A stretch of 64,000 nucleotides of DNA from Thermoplasmata archaeon (GTDB lineage Archaea > Thermoplasmatota > Thermoplasmata > GCA-020350865), in assembly GCA_020348445.1 (NCBI GenBank), contig CP070751.1:3843765-3907764 (forward strand), written 5' to 3'. This document shows positions 1 to 9,705 of this stretch, one piece after another (the first letter of the stretch is position 1; each line of letters opens with the position of its first letter). The notes beneath the pieces were generated by a model that made no database searches, was not told the origin of the DNA, and was given only the letters and a program-made list of their open reading frames with translations. The translations under genes were made by a program, and so were the position numbers.

Positions 1-921
1 CTGGGGCATGAAGTCACAATGTTCGAGGCACTTCATGTGGCAGGCGGCGTTCTGATGTATGGTATTCCTGAGTTTCGGTTGCCGAAGAAGATCGTCCAAA
101 GTGAGGTGGATTACGTCAAATCCTTGGGTGTGGATCTCAAACTTGATTCTGTGATTGGAAAGATCGCCTTGGTTGACGAGCTCTTTGAAGAAGGTTACGA
201 TGCCGTCTTTTTGGGAACGGGTGCTGGACTTCCCATTTTCATGAAACTTCCTGGGGAGAACCTCAATGGTATCTACTCTGCAAATGAATTTCTCACAAGA
301 ATCAACCTCATGAAGGCCTATCAGTTTCCAAAATATGATACACCTATTATGGTGGGGAAAAGGGTGGCTGTGATAGGAGGAGGTAATGTTGCCATGGACT
401 CTGCCCGATGCGCTCTTAGGCTGGGCGCCGACGAAGTATACATCGTGTACCGCAGATCAGAAGCCGAGCTTCCTGCAAGACGCGAAGAAGTGGAGAATGC
501 CATGGAAGAGGGAATTGTTTTCAAATTCCTAACTGCTCCTGTAAAGTATCATTCAGACAAAAGAGGTTGGGTTCGCTCAATGGAATGTATACAGATGGAG
601 CTGGGGGAGCCTGACGATTCAGGAAGAAGAAGACCCATTCCCATTGAAGGCAGCGAATTTACCTTGGATGTGGACGTGGTTGTGATAGCAATAGGCAACC
701 GCCCAAATCCACTTGTCCCTTCTACAACCGAGGGGCTTGATACCACGAAGTGGGGAACCCTGGTTGCTGATGAGGAGACTGGAAAGACAACAAAAGAGAT
801 GGTATGGGCAGGTGGTGACATAGTAACTGGTGCTGCCACCGTGATTTCGGCGATGGGAGCGGGAAAGAAAGCCGTGGATTCAATGCAAAAAAAACTTATG
901 CATATCGAAGGTGAAAAATAG
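1..921 (+). CDS. NfnB/SudA/GltD-like NADPH-dependent flavin oxidoreductase (5' truncated by window edge)
   Basis: Frame is open from base 1 (LGHEVTMFEALHVAGGVLMYGIPEFRLP); GGGNVAMD-YRRS NADPH motif; WAGGDIVTGAATV C-terminal FAD motif. Confidence 0.85.
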   Translation: MGHEVTMFEALHVAGGVLMYGIPEFRLPKKIVQSEVDYVKSLGVDLKLDSVIGKIALVDELFEEGYDAVFLGTGAGLPIFMKLPGENLNGIYSANEFLTRINLMKAYQFPKYDTPIMVGKRVAVIGGGNVAMDSARCALRLGADEVYIVYRRSEAELPARREEVENAMEEGIVFKFLTAPVKYHSDKRGWVRSMECIQMELGEPDDSGRRRPIPIEGSEFTLDVDVVVIAIGNRPNPLVPSTTEGLDTTKWGTLVADEETGKTTKEMVWAGGDIVTGAATVISAMGAGKKAVDSMQKKLMHIEGEK

Positions 922-3900
922 GTGAATGATAAAGCCGACAAAGTCATAGTGATAGGAGGAGGTATTGCAGGGGTTCAGGCTGCACTTGACCTTGCGGACT
1001 CTGGTATAAAGACTTACATCATAGAAAAATCCCCATCCATCGGAGGAAGGATGGCACAGCTTGATAAGACCTTTCCCACCAATGACTGCTCAATGTGCAT
1101 ACTCTCTCCAAAACTGGTTGCTGCAGGAAGGCATCCAAATATCACGATTATCACACATGCTGAATTGAAGGAGCTTTCTGGAGAGGAGGGCAACTTTAAA
1201 GCTAAAATATCTAGAAGGCCAAGATATGTGGATTTTGAAAAATGTACTGCCTGTGGATTGTGCGCCCAGGCATGTCCCGTTAAAATAGAGAGTGAATTTG
1301 ACCAGGGATTAGGATCGCGATCCGCAGCGTACATTCCCTTTCCCCAGGCTGTTCCTCTCAAATACTCAATACAAAGAAGGGGGACACCCCCCTGTCAGAC
1401 AACATGTCCAGCAGGTGTTCATTCCCAGGGTTATATTGCCCTGATTTCCCAAGGCAAATACAAAGAGGCCCTGGAATCACACAGGGAGTACAACCCTCTA
1501 CCCCTGATCTGCGGAAGGGTATGTCCCCATCCCTGCGAGGATGCATGCAACAGAGGGGAGGTGGATTCTCCCATTGCAATTTCAGCATTAAAACGGTTCA
1601 TGGCTGACTGGGAATTGGAACATAGGGATGAAGACTTTATCCCTTTTGAGAAAACAAGCGAGAAAAAGGTGGCTGTAATTGGGTCAGGGCCCGCAGGTCT
1701 TTCATGTGCATACTATGTTGCCAAGCAAGGACACACACCCACCATTTTCGAGTCACTTCCTGTGGCCGGGGGTATGCTTGCAGTTGGAATTCCCGAGTAT
1801 AGATTGCCCAAGGATATTCTAAATGCCGAAATCGATTACATAAAAAAGAAAGGCGTGGAAATAAGACTAAATACAGAATTTGGAAAGGATATCACGTTGG
1901 AAAGCCTAAAAACTGAAGGTTACGATGCCGTGTTCTTGGGAGTGGGAGCACACGGCTCAAAGAGGCTGGCAATATCAGGAGAGGACTTGGAAGGTGTGAT
2001 TCCAGGTGTGGAATTTCTAAGGAGCGTTAACCTGGGAAAAGAGGCGCCAATTGGCAAGCGCGTGGCCGTAATTGGTGGAGGGGATGTGGCAATAGATTCG
2101 GTGAGAGTTGCAACCCGAAAGGGTAGCGATGCTTTTATTTTATACAGAAGAACAAGAAATGAGATGCCCGCTCATAGCTCAGAAATAGCAGCCACTGAAA
2201 AGGAGGGAATTGAGATTCAATTCCTTACCCAACCAGTTGAGATCCTTGGTGAAAACGGCAAGGTAGTCGGTGTAAAATGCATTAAAATGGAACTTGGAGA
2301 ACCAGACGAATCAGGAAGAAGAAGACCTGTTCCCATCGAGGGCTCGGAGTTCACAATTGAAGTTGACACGATCATGCCGGCAATTGGCCAGGTTCCCGAT
2401 TTGAGTTTTGCTGAGGAACTGGATTTGAATTTATCCAAACAGGGCACCATTATTGTGGATGAGAAAACTTATTCCACAAATATCGATGGTGTCTTTTCGG
2501 CAGGTGATGTGCAGTCAGGACCCTCAACAGTTGTTTCTGCAGTTGGTGCTGCAAGAAGGGCGGCCTCTGCAATTGAAGCATATCTGGGGGGCGAGAAGTT
2601 CCAAGGTGAGGCCGAGATCGAGGATGTTGTTGCCTTTGAAGACCTTGAACTTGACGAAAAAATCGAAACCAAACAAAGGGTTATGGAACCCGAACTTCCC
2701 CCACAGAAAAGAAAAGGTAATTTCAAAGAGGTTGTATCTGGCCTTTCAGAAGAGGAGGCAAAATCCGAAGCTCTGCGGTGCCTCAATTGCGGAATATGCT
2801 CAGGATGCTATCAGTGTATAGCTGCATGCGAGCCAAAAGCAGTGGATTTCACACAAACTGAAGAAGAGATAAAGCTTGCAGTAAGCTCTGTTGTTGTCAT
2901 GCCTGGCTATGATGATCTGAACCCAATGACTAGACCGGAATATGGATATGATCGATATGATAATGTAATTACGGCCCTTGAGTTTGAACGAATTCTTTCC
3001 GCTTCTGGACCCTTTGTAGGTCATATAAAAAGAATTTCTGATTCCGAAGAACCAAAAACAATGGCATTTATTCAATGCGTTGGCTCTCGGGATAGAAACC
3101 GTGGAGTTGGTTACTGCTCGTCTGTATGTTGCATGTATGCTATTAAAGAGGCAATAATTGCAAAGGAGCATTCCCCGGGTCTTGATGTCACCATATTCCA
3201 TATGGACATTCGAGCCTTTGGAAAGGAATTTGATTATTATTATCAGAGAGCCCAGGACATTGGAATCAAATTTGTACGGTGTAGAGTCGCGAATATTACA
3301 GAGAATACTGATAGAAATCTCATTGTTAATTTTGTGGATGAGAAAAAGGAACCGAAACATAAAACTTTTGACATGGTGGTTCTTTCCAACGGAATCGGAA
3401 AACCCGAAAGTTATGAGAAATTGGGCAATGCCCTTGGAATTGATTTAAATGAATACGGATTCTGCAAAACATCCACATTCGAGCCCCTGGCAAGTAGCAG
3501 AAAGGGAGTTTATGTAGGGGGTGCATTTTCCGAGCCAAAGGACATTCCAGACAGTGTTGCCCAGGCTTCTGGTGCTGCAGGACAGGCCTCAGTCGCAATA
3601 TCGGTTGCGGGATTGAGAATTCCCCAATCTCGTGAGGAAATCCCAGAAAAAGATATATCATCTGAAGAACCAAGAGTCGGTGTGTTTATTTGCCACTGCG
3701 GGATAAATATTGGAAATACTGTTGATGTTCCTGGTGTTGTTGAATATGCCAAGACCCTCCCAAATGTTGTATACGCCGAAAACAATCTTTACACCTGTTC
3801 TGTTGATACCCAGGGAGCTATCAAAGAGAAAATTGCCGAGCACAACCTCAACAGAGTTGTTGTGGCTGCATGTTCGCCAAGAACCCATGAGCCGCTTTTT

Positions 3901-5334
3901 CAGAGCACGCTGTATGAAGCCGAATTAAACAGGTATCTCTTTGAGATGGCTAACATAAGAGATCAGTGCTCGTGGGTGCATCAGAAGGACCCAGAAAAAG
4001 CCACAGCCAAGGCCAAGGACCTTGTTAGAATGGCTGTTGCCAATGCCAAGTTACTTTCACCACTTTACAAAACCAAAATACCTGTTGTGCAATCAGCTCT
4101 TGTAATCGGGGGCGGACTATCCGGGATGAACGCCGCCTTGGGCCTTGCTGCACAGGGATATGAAACACATCTTGTGGAGAAAGAATCCCAGCTCGGAGGT
4201 AATCTGAACAATCTGTATTTCACAGTGGATGGTGAGGATGCCCAGAAACATCTTAATGATATTATATCAAAGGTAGAGGTAAATGATGGGATCCATGTTA
4301 ATATGGAATCTGAGGTTGTGAGTGTGGATGGACATATTGGAAATTTTAAAGTAACAATAAAATCAGGTGAAGAACAAAACACGATTTATGTGGGTGCAAT
4401 AATCGTATCCACGGGAGCAAAGGAGTACAAGCCAAAGGAGTATCTCTATGGTGAGCATGAAAATGTTATGACCCAACACGAGTTCGAAGAGAAACTTGCT
4501 AAAGGAGAGTCGGATTTTTCGAATGTGGTTATGATACAATGTGTGGGCTCCCGAAACGAGGAAAGACCGTACTGCAGCAGGGTGTGCTGCACCCATGCTG
4601 TAAAAAACGCCCTGAAGTTGAAGGAACTGCGACCCGATTCCGAAATTTTCGTTTTATACAAGGATATGAGAACTTACGGTTTTCGTGAGGATTACTATGC
4701 CAAAGCCTCTGATTTGGGTGTGAAATTCATAAGGTATGATGACGAGAAACTGCCAATTGTTGAAAAGGGTGAGAATGGGAACATTAAGATATCAGTTATG
4801 GACCGGGTTCTAGAAAAGCCCCTGATATTCACACCTGATGCACTTGTACTTTCTGCAGCAATCATTCCCAATGAGGACAACCTGAAACTATCACAGCTAC
4901 TAAAGGCCCAGCTTTCAAGAGATAAATTCTTTTTAGAGGCCCACATGAAACTGAGCCCAGTTGATTTTTCCACAGAAGGGATGTTCCTCTGCGGTCTTGC
5001 ACACTCCCCCAAATTCGTCAATGAATCCCTATATCAGGCCTCGGGTGCTGTGGCAAGGGCATGCACAATTCTTTCAAAGGATCACCTTGAGGTGGGTGGT
5101 GTAATCTCAGAGGTTGAGGAAGGAAAATGCGTAGCCTGCCTCACATGTGTTAGAACCTGCCCCTATTACGTTCCTTCTATTAATGAAAAAGGTGTGGCTA
5201 AAATCGATGTCGCAACTTGTCGTGGGTGCGGAATATGCGCAGCCGAGTGTCCCGTGAAAGCAATACAGCTTAAGCATTACACTGATTCCCAGATTCTACA
5301 GAAGGCTAAAGCACTGTTTGAGGAGGGAGGATAA
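922..5334 (+). CDS. hdrA: Heterodisulfide reductase A-like flavoprotein with inserted GltD-type NADPH module (HdrL-type)
   Basis: GGGIAG and DKTFPTNDCSMCI HdrA motifs; ferredoxin CxxCxxCxxxC motifs; internal GSGPAGL / GGGDVAID-YRRT module; second HdrA half with QCVGSR; 1470 aa. Confidence 0.9.
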   Translation: MNDKADKVIVIGGGIAGVQAALDLADSGIKTYIIEKSPSIGGRMAQLDKTFPTNDCSMCILSPKLVAAGRHPNITIITHAELKELSGEEGNFKAKISRRPRYVDFEKCTACGLCAQACPVKIESEFDQGLGSRSAAYIPFPQAVPLKYSIQRRGTPPCQTTCPAGVHSQGYIALISQGKYKEALESHREYNPLPLICGRVCPHPCEDACNRGEVDSPIAISALKRFMADWELEHRDEDFIPFEKTSEKKVAVIGSGPAGLSCAYYVAKQGHTPTIFESLPVAGGMLAVGIPEYRLPKDILNAEIDYIKKKGVEIRLNTEFGKDITLESLKTEGYDAVFLGVGAHGSKRLAISGEDLEGVIPGVEFLRSVNLGKEAPIGKRVAVIGGGDVAIDSVRVATRKGSDAFILYRRTRNEMPAHSSEIAATEKEGIEIQFLTQPVEILGENGKVVGVKCIKMELGEPDESGRRRPVPIEGSEFTIEVDTIMPAIGQVPDLSFAEELDLNLSKQGTIIVDEKTYSTNIDGVFSAGDVQSGPSTVVSAVGAARRAASAIEAYLGGEKFQGEAEIEDVVAFEDLELDEKIETKQRVMEPELPPQKRKGNFKEVVSGLSEEEAKSEALRCLNCGICSGCYQCIAACEPKAVDFTQTEEEIKLAVSSVVVMPGYDDLNPMTRPEYGYDRYDNVITALEFERILSASGPFVGHIKRISDSEEPKTMAFIQCVGSRDRNRGVGYCSSVCCMYAIKEAIIAKEHSPGLDVTIFHMDIRAFGKEFDYYYQRAQDIGIKFVRCRVANITENTDRNLIVNFVDEKKEPKHKTFDMVVLSNGIGKPESYEKLGNALGIDLNEYGFCKTSTFEPLASSRKGVYVGGAFSEPKDIPDSVAQASGAAGQASVAISVAGLRIPQSREEIPEKDISSEEPRVGVFICHCGINIGNTVDVPGVVEYAKTLPNVVYAENNLYTCSVDTQGAIKEKIAEHNLNRVVVAACSPRTHEPLFQSTLYEAELNRYLFEMANIRDQCSWVHQKDPEKATAKAKDLVRMAVANAKLLSPLYKTKIPVVQSALVIGGGLSGMNAALGLAAQGYETHLVEKESQLGGNLNNLYFTVDGEDAQKHLNDIISKVEVNDGIHVNMESEVVSVDGHIGNFKVTIKSGEEQNTIYVGAIIVSTGAKEYKPKEYLYGEHENVMTQHEFEEKLAKGESDFSNVVMIQCVGSRNEERPYCSRVCCTHAVKNALKLKELRPDSEIFVLYKDMRTYGFREDYYAKASDLGVKFIRYDDEKLPIVEKGENGNIKISVMDRVLEKPLIFTPDALVLSAAIIPNEDNLKLSQLLKAQLSRDKFFLEAHMKLSPVDFSTEGMFLCGLAHSPKFVNESLYQASGAVARACTILSKDHLEVGGVISEVEEGKCVACLTCVRTCPYYVPSINEKGVAKIDVATCRGCGICAAECPVKAIQLKHYTDSQILQKAKALFEEGG

Positions 5335-5787
5335 ATGACAGAAGCTCAGGAGAAAAATATCCCCGACGTTTCTTCAGATTTCGAGCCAAAGATCGTGGCC
5401 TTCTGCTGTCATTACTGTTCATATGCCGCAGCCGATTTGGCAGGCTCAATGCGCCTTGATTATCCAACTAATATCAAGATCCTCAAGATCCCTTGCACTG
5501 GCAAGGTGGATGTGCTTTACCTTCTTCGGGCTTTTGAAGATGGTGCCGATGGGGTAATTGTAGCAGGCTGCGAAGAGGGCACCTGCCACTTCATAAACGG
5601 GAACATCAAGGCTAAAAAGAAGGTGAAGTACACAAAAAAGATCCTTGATGATATCGGTCTTGGCGGTGACAGATTGGAGATGTACAATCTTTCAGCTGCA
5701 ATGGGACAGAAGTTTGCAGATTTGGCAAAGGAGATGACAGAAAGGATAAAGAAACTGGGTCCAAGCCCTGTTAATTCTGGAGCGTGA
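5335..5787 (+). CDS. mvhD: MvhD/FlpD [2Fe-2S] hydrogenase iron-sulfur subunit
   Basis: FCCHYCSYAAADLAG, PCTGKVD, GCEEGTCHF motifs; abuts hdrA. Confidence 0.92.
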   Translation: MTEAQEKNIPDVSSDFEPKIVAFCCHYCSYAAADLAGSMRLDYPTNIKILKIPCTGKVDVLYLLRAFEDGADGVIVAGCEEGTCHFINGNIKAKKKVKYTKKILDDIGLGGDRLEMYNLSAAMGQKFADLAKEMTERIKKLGPSPVNSGA

Positions 5788-6512
5788 AATTCATGATCGT
5801 AGGAGAGCAAAAACCTATTGAAGAGATAAGCAAGATGATAGCAGAATACAAAACTGTTTTGGTAATGGGGTGCAACACGTGCATTGCAGTATGCCATGCA
5901 GGGGGAGAGAAAGAGGTTGGTATCCTGGCCTCTGCACTTCGCATAAAGAACAAGGTGGAAGGAAGGGAACAGAACATCGAGGAAGCAAGCATGGAAAGGC
6001 AGTGCGAGCGAGAATTTGTGGACGAGCTTGCAGACAAGATCAAGGAAGCTGACTGTGTCCTTTCTTTAGCCTGCGGAGTGGGGCCTCAAACCATTGTGGA
6101 GTTTTATCCTGATACCATTGTCCTCCCAGGCATCAACACCACCTTCTACGGTATGCCAAAAGAACAGGGCTTCTTTGTTGAATTCTGTGGAGGATGCGGT
6201 AACTGCGTGCTGGATATGACAGCGGGAATATGCCCCATTGTTAGGTGCTCCAAGAGCATGCTCAACGGACCTTGTGGCGGCTCCCAGGAGGGTAGATGCG
6301 AGGTGAACAAGGATATTGATTGCGGCTGGCAGCTTATACATGACAGACTTAAAGCCCAGGGAAAGCTGGATTTCATGGACGAGATTCTACCCCCCAAGGA
6401 TTGGAGTCCTGCAAGGCACGGCGGGCCCAGGAAGATGGTAAGGGAGGATTTGAAAATCGATGAGAAACCAGAGGATGAAATTGAAGGGATTACCAAGGAG
6501 GGGGAGAAATGA
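5784..6512 (+). CDS. metV: Methylene-THF reductase small Fe-S/Zn subunit MetV
   Basis: GCNTCIAVC, ERQCE, LACGVG, CGGCGNC-CP-RCSKSMLNGPCGGS-CEV-CGW motifs; overlaps metF start. Confidence 0.88.
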   Translation: MKFMIVGEQKPIEEISKMIAEYKTVLVMGCNTCIAVCHAGGEKEVGILASALRIKNKVEGREQNIEEASMERQCEREFVDELADKIKEADCVLSLACGVGPQTIVEFYPDTIVLPGINTTFYGMPKEQGFFVEFCGGCGNCVLDMTAGICPIVRCSKSMLNGPCGGSQEGRCEVNKDIDCGWQLIHDRLKAQGKLDFMDEILPPKDWSPARHGGPRKMVREDLKIDEKPEDEIEGITKEGEK

Positions 6513-7426
6513 AGGCGGGAAGCAATCTTGAAAAGGTTCTCGAAGCAGGTAAGTTTGCGGTGACGTCTGAGCTGGGACCACCTAAATCAGCTGATGCTGA
6601 GAACATAAAAAAGAAAGCCCAATATATGAAAGGAAATGCAGATGCCGTAAATTTGACAGATAACCAGACCTCCATTGTTCGACTTTCAAGCATTGCAGCT
6701 GCACAGCTCATCATGAACGAGGGGCTTGAGCCTGTGATGCAGATGGTGGTTCGGGACAGAAACAGAATAGCCCTGCAAAGCGATATTCTTGGAGCCTCAG
6801 CATTGGGTATTAAGAACATGCTCTGCCTCTCAGGGGATCACCAGACCTTTGGAAACCATCCTCAGGCAAAGAACGTGTTCGACATCGATTCCATGCAGCT
6901 TATTCAGATGGTCAAAAATATGAGAGACGAGAAGAAATTCCTAAACGGTGATGAGATCAAGGTGGAGCCCAGGATGTTCATTGGAGCCGCCGTAAATCCC
7001 TTTGCAGATCCCTTTGATTATAGAGTAAAGAGGCTTGCTAAGAAGATCAAGGCTGGCTGCGACTTCATCCAGACCCAGGTTATTTACGATATGGAGAAGT
7101 TCGAGAAGTTCATGGCCGAGGCAAGAAAGGAGGGGCTAACTGAGCAGGTGTACATCCTTGGGGGTATCACCCCCCTTAAATCTGCAAAGGCGGCAAAGGC
7201 CATAAACAAATTCGTTTCGGGAATCACCATTCCCCAGGCTATTATCGATAGAATGGCCAAAGCAGAGGATCAGAAGGCCGAGGGCATAAACCAGGCCGTG
7301 GAGACAATCGAGCATCTGAAAACCATAGAGGGAATAAAAGGCGTGCATGTCATGGCAATTGCCTGGGAGAGCAAGGTTCCAGAGATAGTCGACCGGGCAG
7401 GGCTTTTACCAAGACCAAAGATGTGA
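6509..7426 (+). CDS. metF: 5,10-methylenetetrahydrofolate reductase MetF
   Basis: TSELGPPK, VNLTDNQ, RDRNRIALQ, LSGDH, IQTQVIYD motifs. Confidence 0.92.
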   Translation: MKAGSNLEKVLEAGKFAVTSELGPPKSADAENIKKKAQYMKGNADAVNLTDNQTSIVRLSSIAAAQLIMNEGLEPVMQMVVRDRNRIALQSDILGASALGIKNMLCLSGDHQTFGNHPQAKNVFDIDSMQLIQMVKNMRDEKKFLNGDEIKVEPRMFIGAAVNPFADPFDYRVKRLAKKIKAGCDFIQTQVIYDMEKFEKFMAEARKEGLTEQVYILGGITPLKSAKAAKAINKFVSGITIPQAIIDRMAKAEDQKAEGINQAVETIEHLKTIEGIKGVHVMAIAWESKVPEIVDRAGLLPRPKM

Positions 7427-7531
7427 AATATATTCACTTTTCCAAAACTCACCCTATTTGCCTAATCCTTTTATATTGAGGGAGGGGAAGAGGGCTTGGT
7501 TGAAATCCAAGATTCCAACAACCCAAAAAGA

Positions 7532-7539
7532 TTTATATC
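7532..7539 (+). promoter_or_regulatory. BRE/TATA box of the 7568 gene
   Basis: AAAAG-A-TTTATATC about 30 nt upstream of the ATG. Confidence 0.5.
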
Positions 7540-7567
7540 TATTAGGCTCTAAAGTGGCTGAGAGGCA

Positions 7568-8338
7568 ATGAAAGTCAAAGCTTTGGTGTTGGGTTTAATT
7601 CTGGTAATCCTTACGTTCCCAATTTCTGCTGATGCAGACGACTATGTGAGTCACCCGGGAAATATTCCACTTTTTGATGAATTTAAAACACCCCAGCTTT
7701 CACCAGGTGAGAGCGGAGCATTTGGATTTTCCATTGATAACAGGTATGATAATGAGATGACGAATGTCTTGTTAACTGCGGGCATTTATGCATGTGGCTC
7801 ACCTTACTTTTACAAACAAATAAGGGATGTAGATAATCCTCCAAAAATCGACAATGAAGGAGTGGAGAAAGTCTTCGATTTACAATCTATAGATAACGAA
7901 ACCCTGGTTTATGTCAATTTCACGATAAGCAGCTCCCATGACACCACCCAAGGTACGTATTTTGTAAGATTTCAATTGACCTTTAGGTACAACAACACAG
8001 ACTTTATCATGAGATCCAGGGGATATTTCACTAATTACCAATGGGATAATGCAACAGCAGGCGCAGATGACGCCGATCCTGGTAAAGTTGATATTGAATT
8101 CCTTGGAGTAGATGGCATCATCCCAGATTCATCATTTAAGGTGTGGGAGCCCATTCCAATTTGGCCTCTTTATGTTTGCATAATACCCATTACCGTGATG
8201 CTTTGCATATTGGCTGTTTTATTCTACTGCCAAGAGGAATACAACATGTTCCCATGGCTAGATCAGGGATTTAAGTACTGGTCCGGCAAACTTCATCAGT
8301 CTTGGCGCCTTTTTAAGCACCGCTTTCGTAAGGCCTGA
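7568..8338 (+). CDS. Secreted, membrane-anchored hypothetical protein (S-layer/Ig-like)
   Basis: N-terminal signal peptide, beta-rich body, C-terminal TM helix; upstream TATA. Confidence 0.7.
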   Translation: MKVKALVLGLILVILTFPISADADDYVSHPGNIPLFDEFKTPQLSPGESGAFGFSIDNRYDNEMTNVLLTAGIYACGSPYFYKQIRDVDNPPKIDNEGVEKVFDLQSIDNETLVYVNFTISSSHDTTQGTYFVRFQLTFRYNNTDFIMRSRGYFTNYQWDNATAGADDADPGKVDIEFLGVDGIIPDSSFKVWEPIPIWPLYVCIIPITVMLCILAVLFYCQEEYNMFPWLDQGFKYWSGKLHQSWRLFKHRFRKA

Positions 8339-9448
8339 GGGATAGTCGATATCACCCCTTTTACCTATTAAAGAAAGGACTTTTTTATCGGCTAGGATCT
8401 TAAAACCCTCTTCGATATGCTTGTCTTTTAGCCCCAAGTATATCTTCCTAAGCTGAAACGCTCTTTTTAGCTCCTTTCCAACATCAGCCTGAACCAGTTG
8501 GGGATATTTTCTCAAGCTCTTTTCAGATACATCCTCATATTCCAAAGCCCCGGCCGCCACATTGGCTGCATACCCCCCCGAAAGGAGCCCAAGATATATG
8601 CCCCCTCCCGAAAGTGGTTTTACCTGGCAGGCTGAATCACCCACCAGCATTACCCCATCTGAGACAATATTTTTTGTAGGTCCTATGGGGATTGCACCAG
8701 TAATATAGGTTTCGATTTTTACATCTTTCAACCTGGATCTGACTGCTTTATGTGTAAGAAGGTTTTCGAAGTAGTGACGTGTATTTTTTTTATCATGTGC
8801 CGTGCATAGACCAAGCCTTGCCCCACCTTCCCCTGTAGGTATGAGCCAGGCAAAGAATCCCGGAGCGATTTTATTGCCAACAAAAATATCAACGTATTCA
8901 ATATCAAAATCCGTATTTACGATGCATTCAGCCCCAAATCCCGAGAGCACCTCTTTGGGTTTTGGAAATCCAAATGATCGAGCAACAATGGAACCTAAAC
9001 CATCGCATCCTACTATCAAATTCGCTGTAAAATCCTCTTTTTTCCCTTTTTTACTCTCCTGAATGTGGATTTTACCATTCTTTCTTTTGACCTCCTTCAC
9101 CTTTGATCCCAAGTGAAGGTCACAACCAGAGTCCACGGCATTAATCACTATAGAATTGTCAAATTCCGCCCTGTCGATTACGCACGCTTTAGGTGAATTG
9201 CTGTGAATGTCCAGGATTTGGTCTGAGGGAGAGTGGACCTTTGCTCCTTTAATCTCGTTTAAGACGCCCTTTTTATTTCCTAGTATATCAAAAACCCTAA
9301 GGGAAACAAGGCCAGCACATTGAATTGGCCTTCCTATTTCGTTGTGCTCCTCAAAAAGACCCACGTCAAAGCCCTGACTTCCGAGGAGATGGGCCACATG
9401 ACCTCCTGCGGGACCCGCACCAACGACAATAACGTCATAATGTTTCAT
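8258..9448 (-). CDS. Geranylgeranyl reductase family (digeranylgeranylglycerophospholipid reductase-like)
   Basis: VVGAGPAG, QCAGLVS, IDRAEFD, FAWLIP, GDSACQVKPLSGGGI motifs. Confidence 0.88.
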   Translation of the reverse strand: MKHYDVIVVGAGPAGGHVAHLLGSQGFDVGLFEEHNEIGRPIQCAGLVSLRVFDILGNKKGVLNEIKGAKVHSPSDQILDIHSNSPKACVIDRAEFDNSIVINAVDSGCDLHLGSKVKEVKRKNGKIHIQESKKGKKEDFTANLIVGCDGLGSIVARSFGFPKPKEVLSGFGAECIVNTDFDIEYVDIFVGNKIAPGFFAWLIPTGEGGARLGLCTAHDKKNTRHYFENLLTHKAVRSRLKDVKIETYITGAIPIGPTKNIVSDGVMLVGDSACQVKPLSGGGIYLGLLSGGYAANVAAGALEYEDVSEKSLRKYPQLVQADVGKELKRAFQLRKIYLGLKDKHIEEGFKILADKKVLSLIGKRGDIDYPSGLTKAVLKKAPRLMKFAGPVLKSLI

Positions 9449-9705
9449 AGCGAAAAGGCTGAACGAATTAAGCGTATTTTAGGGTATGGGTTGTTAGAAT
9501 CCTCGGTCTTTAAGTTTCGAGAATTATAAGAAATAAACATATAAATAAGAAATGATATGGTGCTGAGAGATTCTCAGGGAAATTCAAAATTGTTAAAATC
9601 AAAATAAGGCAAATAGGAAAAAATCATAGGGGGATCTTAGATTGGTATTTGAATTGGGCCAGGTGTAGCCAAAAATCAATGAGATCGAAAAAGGATTTGA
9701 ATGCT

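Noticed and set aside
595-2350. Similar DNA between the first gene (about 595-660) and hdrA (about 2287-2352)
   Set aside because: Conserved GltD-family motif with many synonymous differences; not a recent duplication
922-5787. Selenocysteine in HdrA/MvhD
   Set aside because: No in-frame TGA; Cys at the usual positions; no SECIS recognised
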